From contig OX597834.1 in the NCBI GenBank assembly GCA_951406725.2, positions 34,968,001-35,032,000 on the forward strand: a stretch of DNA of 64,000 bases. Direction: 5' to 3'. Positions within the stretch are counted from its first letter, which is position 1. Each line of letters begins with the position of its first letter. A program made the translations under genes and the position numbers. The stretch comes from Octopus vulgaris (taxonomy: Eukaryota). This document shows, one piece after another, positions 51,672 to 64,000 of this stretch. The notes under the pieces are model-generated. The model did no database searches, was not told the origin of the DNA, and saw nothing but the letters and a program-made list of their open reading frames with translations.

Positions 51672-51860
51672 ACCCTTTCTACTATAGGCACAAGGCCTGA
51701 AATTGTTGGGGGAGGGGCAGTCGATTAGACTAACCCCAATACGCAACTGGTACTTAATTTATCGACCTCGAAAGGATGAAAGGCAAAGTCAACCTTGGCA
51801 GAATTTGAACTCAGAACGTAAAGATGGGTGAAATACCGCTAAGCATTTCATCCAGCGTGC

Positions 51861-51896
<36 letters not shown>

Positions 51897-52230
51897 TAAT
51901 ACTGATGATGATAATCCTTTCTACTGTTAGTATAAGGAATTCTGGGGGAAGGAGCAAGTTGATTACATCAACCTCAGGTGTTTAACTGGTATTAATTTTA
52001 TGGAGCCCAAAAGGACGAAAGGCAAAGTTGACTCTGGTGACATCTGAATTCAGAACGTAAAGAGGTGTAAGGAATGCCATATCTATAACAACAACAATTC
52101 CTTTATTCTTTTACTTGTTTCAGCAGTTTGAGGGTAGAGAGTTAAGTTGATACCATCAGCCCTTTTAGAATGACTTGACTGGAACTTTAATTTATCGACC
52201 CCATAGGGATGAAAAGCAATGTTGACATTG
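51672..52230 (-). mobile_element. Three successive SINE family B copies
   Basis: aaaggatgaaaggcaaagtcaacc core repeated. Confidence 0.8.
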
Positions 52231-52704
52231 GTGGGATTTATCATTAAGCTAAGTTATTTTACTAAATTCTTTGTTATATTTAAAATCAATTGAAAGAAAC
52301 ACAGAGCATCTCAACAGAAATATAGTAACAAAAGGGTTAAGTAGTTGTTGTACCTAGCACCCACCAAAGTGGCAATTGAGGTATCATGACTAAACTACCT
52401 TAAATTGGTTGGTAATTTATAAATTTTACTCGAAAAATGGATTGAATAAGCTTTTAACAGTGAAATGGTAAAAAAATTGATAAAGACAAAAGTTGTAAAT
52501 TTATTTTATACACTGCAAGTGAATAATGTCTGATGGGATCCCCTTTTATTTTAATAACCATTACTAGTTTTATCATGTATAATATACTATAGGTACACTT
52601 TAGTAAATTGTTCCCTCACCGCCCCCTAAACCCTAATGTCCCCTTTGACATGCTCAGGGCCCTCTTGGGAGCAGTACTACCCTTGTTAAAAATCTCTGGT
52701 CTAC

Positions 52705-52755
<51 letters not shown>

Positions 52756-54254
52756 CCTGTCTGTTTTTTGTTTTTTTCTTTTCTACTCTTTTTCTTCTTT
52801 TTCTACAACAAACAAAGCACACCAGAATGGTATTCAGCCAGGAATGAATTTACTGACAACCTTCCTCATAATCTGGTCACTTTATCTGCCCTCTTTAGCC
52901 CACAAATTAACTCTACATTTACTCAATCAATCCGTGGAGTTATTAATCTTAATAAGATGCTAAATATAAATATTTAGTTGTGTGTTCACTCATGTTGCAA
53001 ATGTTGCAGCACCCCTGCAGAGCATTCCTAAACATAATTTGAAACTCAACTCTCAGAATCTAATTATATAGTTTTGAGAATTTAAGGCTTATGGAAGTTA
53101 AGTTTAATATCTGATGTGAGGGTTTAATCCTTTAATCTTGGACAAGAGTAATTGATATTTATATTAATTTTTTCTGGTAGCAATGAGGCGGAAATGATAA
53201 TTCCTTGTATTAAACACACTGAAAGTATTTACTGTCAATCCTCAGTTTTTTTTTTTTTAGTATAAGAGAGGTCATTGCCATGTTTGACATGCTTTTTTTT
53301 TTATTGGTGGTTGGGAGACCAGAGCATAAATACCAGACATATATTGGGGAAAGGAGTCAATTCAATCAGCTATATTACGATAATGCTGTGACATAGAGCT
53401 GATGTGAGAAGCTAAATCATCATTGTTTTAACATCTATTTTCCCATGCTGGCCATATCTGGCCTTTCACACCTTTCCTGCAATGTCATTCTAAAAATAAA
53501 CAATCACATTATTGAAAGTATAAAGCTACAACAATACATGGTTAATTCAAAACAATGTGAATAAATAAGCATCACATTTGCCAAAGTTCATCTGAATGTT
53601 AAAAGGTTAAAATTCTATGGACACTGCTTCTCCAGTCAGAGCTAGATCTGTAGCAAAATCACAATTATTCATTTCAAAAGAAATTCAAACCAAACCGAAC
53701 CAAACAAGACAAGACTAAACAAAGCAAAACCTCTTACAGAGAGGCTGAATCTAACTTCATAAAGACAAGATTTACAATTAAAACTGAACAACATATTGTC
53801 TGGAATATGTCTTTGAAGATATATTTTAATAGCACATAAATTTACAAACGACTCAGATGTCTTGCAAGTATATATATAGATATGGATTTCTCTTGGTAGG
53901 TTTTTTTGAAAACGCAGTGTGTCTGCTAAGTACTACCGGTAATGATTCAGTGTCTGGCTTTCAATGCAAGGACGACATTGTTATGTGTATCTTTATCATG
54001 AGAATGTCTACATATGTTGCAAAGCACTTCACTTTAAAAATCAAGAGTAAAGGAAACTGATTCGAAGCTTTTCAAGTCCATCTTAAGATGTCATCAGCAT
54101 TTTTTTCCTTGTTTTTTTTTTTATTATTATTTTTTTTATTATCTATTTATTTATTTTTTTTATTACATCCCACAGCTTAGAATGGAAAAAAACAGCTGTT
54201 GGATGATATGAATGATAAATACAGTGAATGACTTTCTTATGCTAAACAGCTGTA

Positions 54255-54311
<57 letters not shown>

Positions 54312-55759
54312 CAGAGACAGAGACAGACAGACAGAGGGGAAGGAGAGAGAGAGGAAGTGTGAGTAAATGTGAGATGTGTGTGAGCTGAAACATCAATTTA
54401 TCACAAAGGTCTATCACATCTTTTCATCTTTCATCTTTTACTTGTGTCAGTCATTGGACTGCAGCTATGCTTGGGACACCACCTTGAAGAGGCTTTTTTT
54501 GCAGTTACACAAATCAAACTCAGCGCTTGAGGGAAAACACAATCATGAAGTCACACGTACCCAAAATACACACACACACACAAATAACAAACAGAGAATG
54601 AGAAAATATGCAGAACTATGAAAAAAAAATACAGATTAAAATTTCTTGTATGAATTATAAACAAAGAAAAGCATTCACAAAAGGATGGGAACTGCTACTT
54701 ACAGAGTCCCCCCCCCATCACCTGACTCCAAACAATTTCCCATCTCTCAACCTCAAAACCATGAGGCAGACTTCAAGTATCCACTCTCACACATACAAAT
54801 TTTTCCACTCTGACACATCTTTTGACAAATTTTTCCTGAGAGCAACATTTCCATCATCATCCAATGAAACTTGAAGACTTTGACAAGCCTTCGTCCGAGA
54901 GATGAAGTTCCGTCCTCAGCTCTTTCAAATGTGCTCACCATAAACTCTCTTTCTGTGAAGACACCAGGCAGAGAAATACTAACTGCCCTCTTTGTGAAAG
55001 GGGACTATTTCGGTGACCTCTAACCCCTTTTGATACCACATGACCTGAGACCACCTCTAGTCCTATGACAGAAAGTTCCCATTTGAAAGTATCATCATCA
55101 TCATCACCAAATTCAGCTCAGAGCTATAGTAGAAGACACTTGCCCAAAATGTCACAAACCAGTGTTGGTTTGTTTATGTTCCCAGAACAGCAGTCTGACA
55201 GAGAAGATTGAAAGAATAAGTGCCAAGCTTTAAAAAAAAAAAGTAAATACAAGGGACGATTTGTTCAACAAAAGCCTTCAAGGTGATGCTACAGCATGGC
55301 CACAATCCAATGACTAAAATAAGTAAAAGATAAAAAACAGAATATACAAAAAGTCCAGTTGGGATGGTCCTGGCTGGAAAACCTTTGACCACAGATCAGT
55401 TCATTCAAGGTTGGCCTATGGTGTCAACAACAACAATTAGATACGGTCAAGTGTAATCATTTTTATTTATGGAAAAATAACAGACAAGGAAAATACTCAT
55501 AAATATAGAAAAATCATATAATTAATGATTACTAATGAAGGCACAAGGCCACAGTTGTTCGTTAGTTTAATTAATGAAACTGGTTTGGAAGAATTGTGAG
55601 AATGAGGCTGATGTATTCAATAGGTGCGTCAGTTTTTACCACACTGAACTAAAGTAATTGGAGCTTTCTGTGTTACCTGTAATATTAACTGGTTAGACAA
55701 TGAGGGAGCATCTACAAGGTCATTCAACTTGCTAGCAATAGCAGCTAAATGTCTTCCTC

Positions 55760-55880
55760 ATGTAACTGATCTCTGAGGTGCTTCAAACTTTTTAATATTC
55801 TGATTCGTGTAGGGAGACCTTGGCGGACAACAGTATTCAAGGTGAGGGCGGGCAAAGGTAGAGAAAAGAAGGATAATAGT
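55760..55880 (-). mobile_element. CR1/L2-group LINE ORF2 C-terminal fragment
   Basis: LLFSTFARPHLEYCCPPRSPY...IKKFEAPQRSVT matches the LYxxLVRPHLEYCxxVWSP...LExVQRRAT motif. Confidence 0.85.
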
Positions 55881-55901
55881 TGAAGCATATATACACACAC
55901 T

Positions 55902-55934
<33 letters not shown>

Positions 55935-55939
55935 TGTGA

Positions 55940-56517
55940 AACTATTGGATAAAAGGAGGGCTGAGAACCTGATGGGGGATGCTGGGGTTGGAGGAATCGG
56001 TGAAGCAGCTGGCAAATGCGAATTGAGTGCAGTGGTATGGACATATGTTGAGGAGGGATGAGGATCATGTTGTGAGCAGAGTGCTTGAGTTTAAAGTGAA
56101 TGAACTGCGAAAGCGGGGTCAACCAAAGAAAACATGGAGGGGACAGGTGGAGGAGATTGGGAGGGTTCGCTTCAGGAGGGAGGACACGAGATGGTATGAG
56201 GCGGCGAGCTGGCAGAAATGTTAGCACGGTGGGCGAAATGTGTAGCCATATTTCGTCTGCGACTACGTTCTGAGTTCAAATTCCGCTGAGGTCGACTTTG
56301 CCTTTCATCCTTTCAGGGTCGATTAAATAAGTACCGATTACGCACTGGGGTCGATGTAATCGACTTAATCCGTTTGTCCTCTCTATGTTTAGCCCCTTGT
56401 GGGTAGTAAAGAAATAGGTATGAGAGCAGTTACTGTAAGAGTGAGGTAGATTCGGCCATCCCCATTCATGGGAACAAACTCGGATTTAAAATATTGGACA
56501 TCATCATCATCATCATC
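55940..56517 (+). mobile_element. RTE-group LINE 3' end with (CAT)n tail, interrupted by SINE B
   Basis: QWYGHMLRRDEDHVVSRVLEFKVNELRKRGQPKKTW matches LRWxGHVxR...RxRGRPxxTW. Confidence 0.85.
56201..56417 (+). mobile_element. SINE family B, young, with TSD
   Basis: ggtatgag duplicated at 56193-56200 and 56418-56425. Confidence 0.9.
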
Positions 56518-56717
56518 AAGTATTACTTTAAAACATTAAACAGTCACAAGCCAATTTCATCACTTTGCTCGCATAAAGTTTAAGAATGTTTATAATATTA
56601 TGATGAGAGTCAGAAATTAAAACATGTGAGCATGAAGAAGTTATTCTTGCACGTTGTTCACAAAGGTCTTTAAGCAGAAGATAAGAATAAGCGTTTTCTT
56701 TAAAATTTCATTTCAAA

Positions 56718-57221
56718 TAGGTGCAGGTGTGGCTGTGTGGTGAGAAGCGCTTGCTTCCCAATCACGTGGGTCTCGGTTCAGTCCCACTGCATGGCACCTT
56801 CAGCAAGTGTCTTCTACAGTACCCTGGTTTCGTTAAAGCCTTGTGAGTGGATTTGTGGATTCGGTAGATGGAAACTGAAAGAATCCTATCGTGTGTATAT
56901 ATATATATATATATTCTTTTACTTGTTTCAGTCATTTGACTGTGGCCTTGCTGGAGCACCACCTTTAGTCAAGCAAATTGACTGCAGGACTTATTCTTTG
57001 TAAGCCTAGTACTTATTTTATTGGTCTATTTTGCCAAACCGCTAAGTTACAGGGACATAGTACACACACCAACATCAGTTGTCAAGTGATGGTGGGGGGA
57101 GGAGACACACACACACACACAACAGGTTTCTTTCAGTTTCCCTCAACCAAATCCACTCACAAGGCTTTGGTAGACCCAAGGCTGTCGTACAAAATTCTTG
57201 CCTAAGGTGCCATGCAGTGGG
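56718..57221. mobile_element. Convergent inverted pair of SINE family A copies
   Basis: Plus 5' half 56718-56895, minus copy 56915-57221. Confidence 0.8.
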
Positions 57222-57796
57222 TATACATAAGAACACCCCTACTACCACTACACTTCAACTCAAGATTAATTTGATACAAATTAAAATGGAAATAATTTTT
57301 CAATTAATTCTTAATTAGATTCTGTATAAATTACACAAATTAACTATCAATCACCCTACTGTGGTTTGTTTCTCTTACATATTAAAAAGCTAAACTCAAA
57401 ATAAACAGCAGCAGCAGTTGTTGTTGTTTAGCCCCAGGTAGGCCCTGATCGAGCAGGGCTGTATCCAAAGAAATTCTACCCATGACTATCCTATATTTTT
57501 ATAAACAGAGTATGTAGGACTCCATTTTCAAGATAGTAGGGTATGATCTGAAGGAGGTTTGGTTTCTATTTCTAGCAAGCTGAATTATCTTACAGCAGTT
57601 CCTTCACTAACTCATCTTAATAGTATGAGTGGTGGTGGTGGTGGTGGTGGTAGTTGTAGTAGAAGCAGCAGTAATAGTGTTGTTGTTATCAGTAGTGGTA
57701 GTAGTAGGTTGGTGGTAGTAGTAGTAGAAGTGTTGGTGGTAGTAGTAGTGTTGGTACTAGTTGTAGAATTGTTGGTGGTAGTAGTGTTGGTAGTAG

Positions 57797-57829
<33 letters not shown>

Positions 57830-58249
57830 TAGTAGCAGCAGCAGTAATAGTGTTGTTGTAGTTAGTAGTAAAGCCATGACCTACATTTTTCCACCTGACC
57901 ATAAGTTGGACATAATTAGGCACACTGATAATCTGACCACTTTGAAAGGGGGTGTGGTTCGGTGTAAAGGTTAATGAGCCCTGCTTCTCCCCCTCCCCTC
58001 AAAACATAAATCAATGAAAAGGGAAAGAGCAATTTTAAATTTTAATTACCATGATAAAAACTTACCGTTTTTATTTTTAATTTGAAGTTGTTAATATATG
58101 TGCATAATAAAAACCCTTTAGTCTAATTAAGAAATGTTTGGTATTAACTAATAGGGCAACTTCATTGTGAAACGAAGCCAAGAGTTCTTTGTTTATATCA
58201 ATGACCTCCACCTTTGCTCAAATAGAAGTCTTTATGTGTGTAGGTGTGC

Positions 58250-58381
58250 CTGAGAGAGAGGAAGAGATAGAGAGAGAGAGAGGCATACAGAAACAAAGAG
58301 AGAGAGAAGACAGACAGACAGACAGATACAGAGACATACAGACATACAAAGACAGACAGACAAAGACAGACATACAAAGAC

Positions 58382-58420
<39 letters not shown>

Positions 58421-58555
58421 GAGAGAGAGAAGACAGACAAATACAGAAATACAGAGAGAGACAGACTGACAGAGTGAGAGAGAAGAGAGACAGATACAGA
58501 GATACATATAAAGAGAAAGGGAGACAGACAGACATAGAGATACACAGAGACATAC

Positions 58556-58592
<37 letters not shown>

Positions 58593-58672
58593 CGATAGGC
58601 AGACAGATATAGAGAGACATACATACAAAGAGAGAGAGAGAGAGATGGATAGACAGACAGACAGAAAGATGA
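58250..58672. repeat. (GA)n/(GACA)n compound microsatellite
   Basis: Direct reading. Confidence 0.95.
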
Positions 58673-58929
58673 GATGGTTCCTGGCTTGAAAGGTTTCCCT
58701 CACAGTGTCTGCTTCCAGTTGGAGTAGACCTGCAGAGGGTGCAGGACTTCACAACAAAGGTTACCCCCAAGATGTTATCATTTAATCATGAACCAATGAA
58801 AGGGAGCCTGTATGCCTCTACATGATCACTATCTCTGTTAGAAATAGCAAACACATCTCTCTCATATTACATGCTATTGTCTTGAAAATGGGGGAAGGAC
58901 ACATTAGATAATGTAGTCAGAAGATAATT

Positions 58930-59350
58930 CTTTCTAATTTTGATACAAGGTCAGCAATTTTGAAGGGAGGGGGAAAACCAATTACATCAACCCCAGTGTT
59001 AAACTGGTGCCTGTTTTATCAACCCTGAAAGGATGAAAGGCAAAGTCAATCTCGGCTGAATTTGATCTCAGACCGTAAAGGGGTCAGAAGAAACGCTGCC
59101 AAATATTTTGTACCACTTTGTTTGACACACCAAAAGATTCTTATTTCTTTATTACCCACAAGGGACTAAACATAGAGGGGACAAACAAGGACAAACGGAT
59201 TAAGTTGATTACATTGACCCCAGTGCGTAACTGGTACTTAATTTATCGATCCCGAAAGGATGAAAGGCAAAGTCGGCCTCGGCGGTATTTGAACTCAGAA
59301 CGTAGCAGCCGAAATGCCACTAAGCGTTTCGCCCAGCTTGCCACCTTCGC
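58930..59350 (-). mobile_element. Two SINE family B copies
   Basis: Core cccgaaaggatgaaaggcaaagtc twice. Confidence 0.85.
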
Positions 59351-59734
59351 ACCGAAAGTTTGTGTCTTGGCCTGAATGCTGCAGATCATGGGAACCGTTG
59401 CCCAATAGGAGGATGCGCTGACCCGGTGTTAAACAACAACAATGATAACCATCACCATCATCATCATCACCATTTCAACCTCCTTCATTCCATCAATCAA
59501 CACCGCCACCACCACCACCACCACCATACATGCTACGGTAATAACACCATCAGCTGTAACTCAATCTAGAGATACTTATCTAATGAGGTAACGAACTAAT
59601 CATTACTTAATGAAATGCAATAATTTGTTTTTGTTTATCTTCGTCTTCCTTCCTCTCTTTCTTCATCATCTTAGTCTTAGAAGAAGAAGAAGAAAAAAAC
59701 TAAAAGAAATCAATTTTATTACTATCATTATCCA

Positions 59735-60013
59735 TACTACTACCACCACCACCACTTCCACTACCACCACCACCACCCTTGTTGTTATTGTTACTACTAC
59801 TACTACTACTACTACTAACACCACCACCACCACCACCACTATCCTTGTTGTTATTGTTACTACTACTACTACTACTACTAACACCACCACCACCACCACC
59901 ACCACTATCCTTGTTGTTATTGTTACTACTACTACTACTACCACTATCCTTGTTGTTATTGTTACTGCTACTACTACTACTACTACTACCACCACTATCC
60001 TTGTTGTTATTGT

Positions 60014-60044
<31 letters not shown>

Positions 60045-60096
60045 GCCATTATCCTTATCATCATCATCATCATTATTATTATTATTATTATTATTG
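59735..60096. repeat. Higher-order trinucleotide repeat (CCA)n-tatccttgttgttattgt-(TAC)n, 5 units
   Basis: Direct reading. Confidence 0.92.
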
Positions 60097-60569
60097 CAAC
60101 AGCTGTTTGAATGGCCAAGCAAAGAGGATGTATCAGCAAGCTATAATAAAGTCTTACTATATTGTTGTTGTTGTTGTTGTTATAGCAGGAAGAGGTTTTC
60201 TTTTTATCAGTAGTTTATTAGTAAATACACAGTTAGCAAGTGCTGACTGGTAAATAAAGAGCCAGGACTGACAGAAAGAGAGAGAGAGAGAGAGAGAAGA
60301 TAAAGATAGCCATAACTAGAGGCATTTAATTTCTGCAATGAGGGCCTGAGTGATCTATTATTGTATGATAGGTTAACAAACCTGCTGGTGTGTATCACAC
60401 CGCACTAGATATTACACCTACACCACAGCATACCCCACACCAAACTACACTGCAGCACACCACAATATACTACACCACTACAAGCACACCACAGATACTG
60501 CAAACACCAGCCTGCACTATGTTATACAACACTAAGCCTGACCATGGCCCACCCCATAACAAGTGTCAC

Positions 60570-61020
60570 CATTATCATCATCATCATTGTCATCATCGTC
60601 AGCATCGTTATCATCGTTGTCATGGTTGTCATCATCATCATCATCATCGTTGTCATCATCATCATCATTGCCATCATCATCATCGTCATCATTATCATCA
60701 TTGTTATCATTATCATCATCATTATCGTCATCATCGTCATCATCGTCATCATCGTCACTTAATGTTTGTACTCCATGCTGGTATGGGTTGGACGATTTGA
60801 CTGGAACGGGCCAATTAGGGAGCAGCAATCAGGTTCCAATTATCTGCTTCTGAAGGGTCTCTATGGTTGGATGCCCTTCCTAATTCAGGACACTTCACAG
60901 AGTGTATTGCGTGCTTCTTTATGTGACACTGGCATGGGTGCCTTTTATGTGGCACCAACATGGGTCCTTTTACGTGGCACTGGCACAAGTCCTTTTTACA
61001 TGACATCTGTACCAGTAAGC
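60570..61020 (-). mobile_element. SINE family C with expanded (CAT)n tail
   Basis: ggatgcccttcctaa core, gtggcac repeats. Confidence 0.75.
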
Positions 61021-61187
61021 CATCAGGGGAAGGACCTAATGGTTGAGAGAGGGACACAAAGGACACTCCTGTATGTATGCCTGTATATGGACATATTTCT
61101 GTATGCAATTATGTATGTATGCACACACATCTGTTTGCAGGTACAAGCATGTATGTGTGTGTGCATGTATGTGTGTGTGTGTGTGCA

Positions 61188-61220
<33 letters not shown>

Positions 61221-61721
61221 CTTACATTGATAGAAAAACATCACCAAAGAAAGATGAAACACCATCCAGAGGTTAAAGGGCAGTGAAGTACTATCCCATC
61301 CATAGCAGGAGGTCAAAAGTTAGAGGTCAATACATTAGCAATTCTAATTAAACAAAAAAATTAAAAAACAACAAAAACAAAACTGCTGAAAAAATTATTT
61401 TTTTTGTTCCACACAAATGTGAACATTGTTTATTTTCCCCAATACAAAGTTCATATTATTTATTATTCCTTTTGTTTTTTATTTCTTTATTAACTATGTG
61501 AAAAACAGTGGGGTGCTCCAGCATGGCCACAGCAGAATAACTGAAATTACTGAAAGACTAAAAAAAATGTTCTCTTCAAGCACCTTATTGTTAGACACAG
61601 AATAACACCAACCACTGCTGCGGCTACCGCTGCTGCTACTGCTGCTGCTGCTGCTGCTGCTACTACCACTAGCATGATATTTTTGTTGTCATAACCACCT
61701 TTATTATCATTATACTGAAGT

Positions 61722-61864
61722 AGCTTGCTTACCAACCACATAGTTGCAGGTTCAGTCCCACTGCGTGGCACCTTGGGCAAGTGTCTTCCACTATGGTCTC
61801 AGGCCAACCAAAGCTTTGAGAGTGGATTTGGTAGACGGAAACTGAAAGAAGCCTCTTGTGTGTG

Positions 61865-61922
<58 letters not shown>

Positions 61923-62140
61923 TTTGTTACTTATGTCTGTGTTTATCCCCCCACCATCGCTTGACAACCGAAGTTGGTGTATTCACATCCCTGTCACTTA
62001 GCGGTTCGGCAAAAATAGATCGATAGAATAAGTACCAGGCTTACAAAGACTAAGTACTGGGGTCGATTTGTTCGACTAAAGGCGGTGCTCTAGCATGGCC
62101 GCAGTCAGATGACTGAAACAAGTAAAAGAAAGTAAAAGAA
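61722..62140 (+). mobile_element. SINE family A
   Basis: Collinear with 63393-63800. Confidence 0.9.
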
Positions 62141-62504
62141 GAAGACTTCCACAACCAGTCCTTGGGTAAGCATCTCCTATTACAGCCCCAGTCCAACCAT
62201 TGCTTTGCGAGTGAATTTTGTAGATGGAAACTGTGTGGAAGCCTGTCATATATATGTGCGTGTGCATTTGTTTGTGTGTCTTTGTGTTTACTCTGCCCCT
62301 CCGACACACGGACATCCACTGCTAGACAACAGGTTTTGGCTTGTTTACATCATTGTAACTTAGCAGTTTGGCAAAAGAGTCTGATAGAGACTATCCTTAA
62401 TATTAGTCCTTCATCCATCAAATTCTATATCAACCTCCCTCCCTCCTTCCCTTCCTCTAGTAATCAGACCCCAAAGTTTTCAGTCCATTTTTGTGATTAT
62501 GAAT

Positions 62505-62892
62505 GTGATAATGGTAGTGATGGTGATGATGGTAGTAGTGGTGGTGGTGGTGAGGATGATGGTAGTGGTGGTGAGGAGATGGTAGTGGTGGTGAGGATGA
62601 TGGTAGTGGTGATGGTGAGGATGATGGTAGTGGTGATGGTGAAGCTGATGGTAGTGGTGAGGATGAACGGTGGTGATGCTGGTGGTGGTGAGGATGATGG
62701 TGGTAGTGGTGAGGATGATGGTAGTGGAGATGCTGGTGGTATTGGTGGTGAAGATGAATGGTGGTGGGGGTAGTGGTGTTGATGGTGGTGGTGGTGGTGA
62801 TGGTAGTGGTGATACGGTAGAGATGGGGCTAGTGGTAGTAAAATGGTGGTGGTGGTGGTGGTGGTGGTGGTGGTGGTGGTGGTGGTGATGGT
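62505..62892. repeat. (GGT/GAT)n low-complexity array
   Basis: Direct reading. Confidence 0.95.
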
Positions 62893-63252
62893 AAGTCTAA
62901 CAGTGAGATTAGTGATGGTGTTGTTGGAAATGAAAAATTATGGAGTGAAATTAATAGAAATCTAACAAATCAAGTTGAAATCTAAAAGAGAAAAGATGAA
63001 AAAATAAAAAAAACAAGGACACCTCCACACACACACACCCCTAATATTTCCAGCAGAGGAACTTAGCATAAAGAAGGGGTTTAAGGAGTTCCTTGTTAAG
63101 CATGTGGAGTGTGAGTTGGGGAGTGTGGGGTGTGTAGCTAGGAGAGAGTGTATATATGTGTGTGTGTGGTATGGGGGTAAGTGAACGTGTGTGTGTGTAC
63201 ATGTATGTATATACATAGGTACGTGTGTGTGTGTGTGTGTGTGATATGAATA

Positions 63253-63900
63253 TCATGGTGTAGTGGTTAAGAGCATGGGCTACTAACCCCAAGATTCCGA
63301 GTTTGATTCCATTCAGTGACCTGAATAATAACAATATTAATAACATCAAAAAATACCTTAGGAATGAGAACTCAGGTTTGAAATTTCTCCAAGGCGCAGG
63401 AGTGGCTGTGTGGTAAGTAGCTTGTTTGCCAACCCACATAGTTTCAGGTTCAGTCCCACTGCATAGCACCTTGGGCAAGTGTCTTCTACTATAGCCTCGG
63501 GCCGACCAAAGCCTTGTGAGTGGATTTGGTAGACGGAAACTGAAAAGAAGCCCGTCGTATATATGTATATATATATGCGTGTGTGTGTTTGTGTGTGTGC
63601 ATTTGTCCCCCTAGCATTGCTTCACAACCGATGCTGGTGTGTTTACATCCCCGTCACTTAGCGGTTCGGCAAAAGAGACCGATAGAATAAGTACTGGGCT
63701 TACAAAGAATAAGTCCCGGGGTCGAGTTGCTCGATTAAAGGCGGTGCTCCAGCATGGCCGCAGTCAAATGACTGAAACAAGTAAAAGAGTAAAAGAGTAA
63801 AGGTACCTAATGAAGGCTGGCGTGTATATCAGCCGAAACGTGTTAACAAGAAACAAGATGAGGACAAATATCCATCAAATGTAAATAAATTCCTCATCTT
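63253..63900 (+). mobile_element. Second copy of the tRNA-head + hammerhead element, split by SINE A
   Basis: 63253-63392 and 63801-63900 match the reverse complement of 13226-13473; core cTAATGAaggctgg...tcagccGAAAcg. Confidence 0.82.
63393..63800 (+). mobile_element. SINE family A, full-length young copy
   Basis: ggcgcaggagtggctgtgtggtaag head, ggttcagtccc B-box-like motif, (gtaaaaga)n tail. Confidence 0.93.
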
Positions 63901-64000
63901 CCTGATGTCAGTCAACGTACAGAGTGTGCTGGGTGCCTTTTTACATGGCACTGACACCAATGACAAAGAAAAACACCACCCACTGTGTAGAGCTGTTGGC

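Overview
AT-rich, microsatellite-saturated eukaryotic genomic DNA. The SINE families and repeat landscape are those I associate with Octopus/coleoid cephalopods (inference; no database search was run). No protein-coding gene can be called with confidence, and essentially all supplied ORFs are translations of microsatellites or SINEs. The window holds dozens of copies of about four SINE families, piggyBac-, mariner- and Tigger-type MITEs, and decayed Penelope, RTE and CR1/L2 retrotransposon fragments. Notable signals: (1) a tRNA-headed SINE-like element carrying a minimal hammerhead-ribozyme motif, with a Penelope-style inverted tail and a 13-bp TSD (13226-13523; second copy 63253-63900), plus two unrelated hammerhead-like repeats (about 35530 and 49310); (2) an old tandem cassette (8.9-19.2 kb) with unevenly conserved blocks, a signal-peptide-like micro-ORF, telomere-like G-rich arrays and a flanking E-box array; (3) a pre-miRNA-like hairpin at 29065-29115; (4) a CpG-retaining, promoter-like, structured region at 30.8-33.4 kb and 36-37.4 kb with splice-signal-bounded segments of a possible unannotated transcript. 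Repeat boundaries are approximate; TSD, TIR and motif coordinates were read directly from the sequence.
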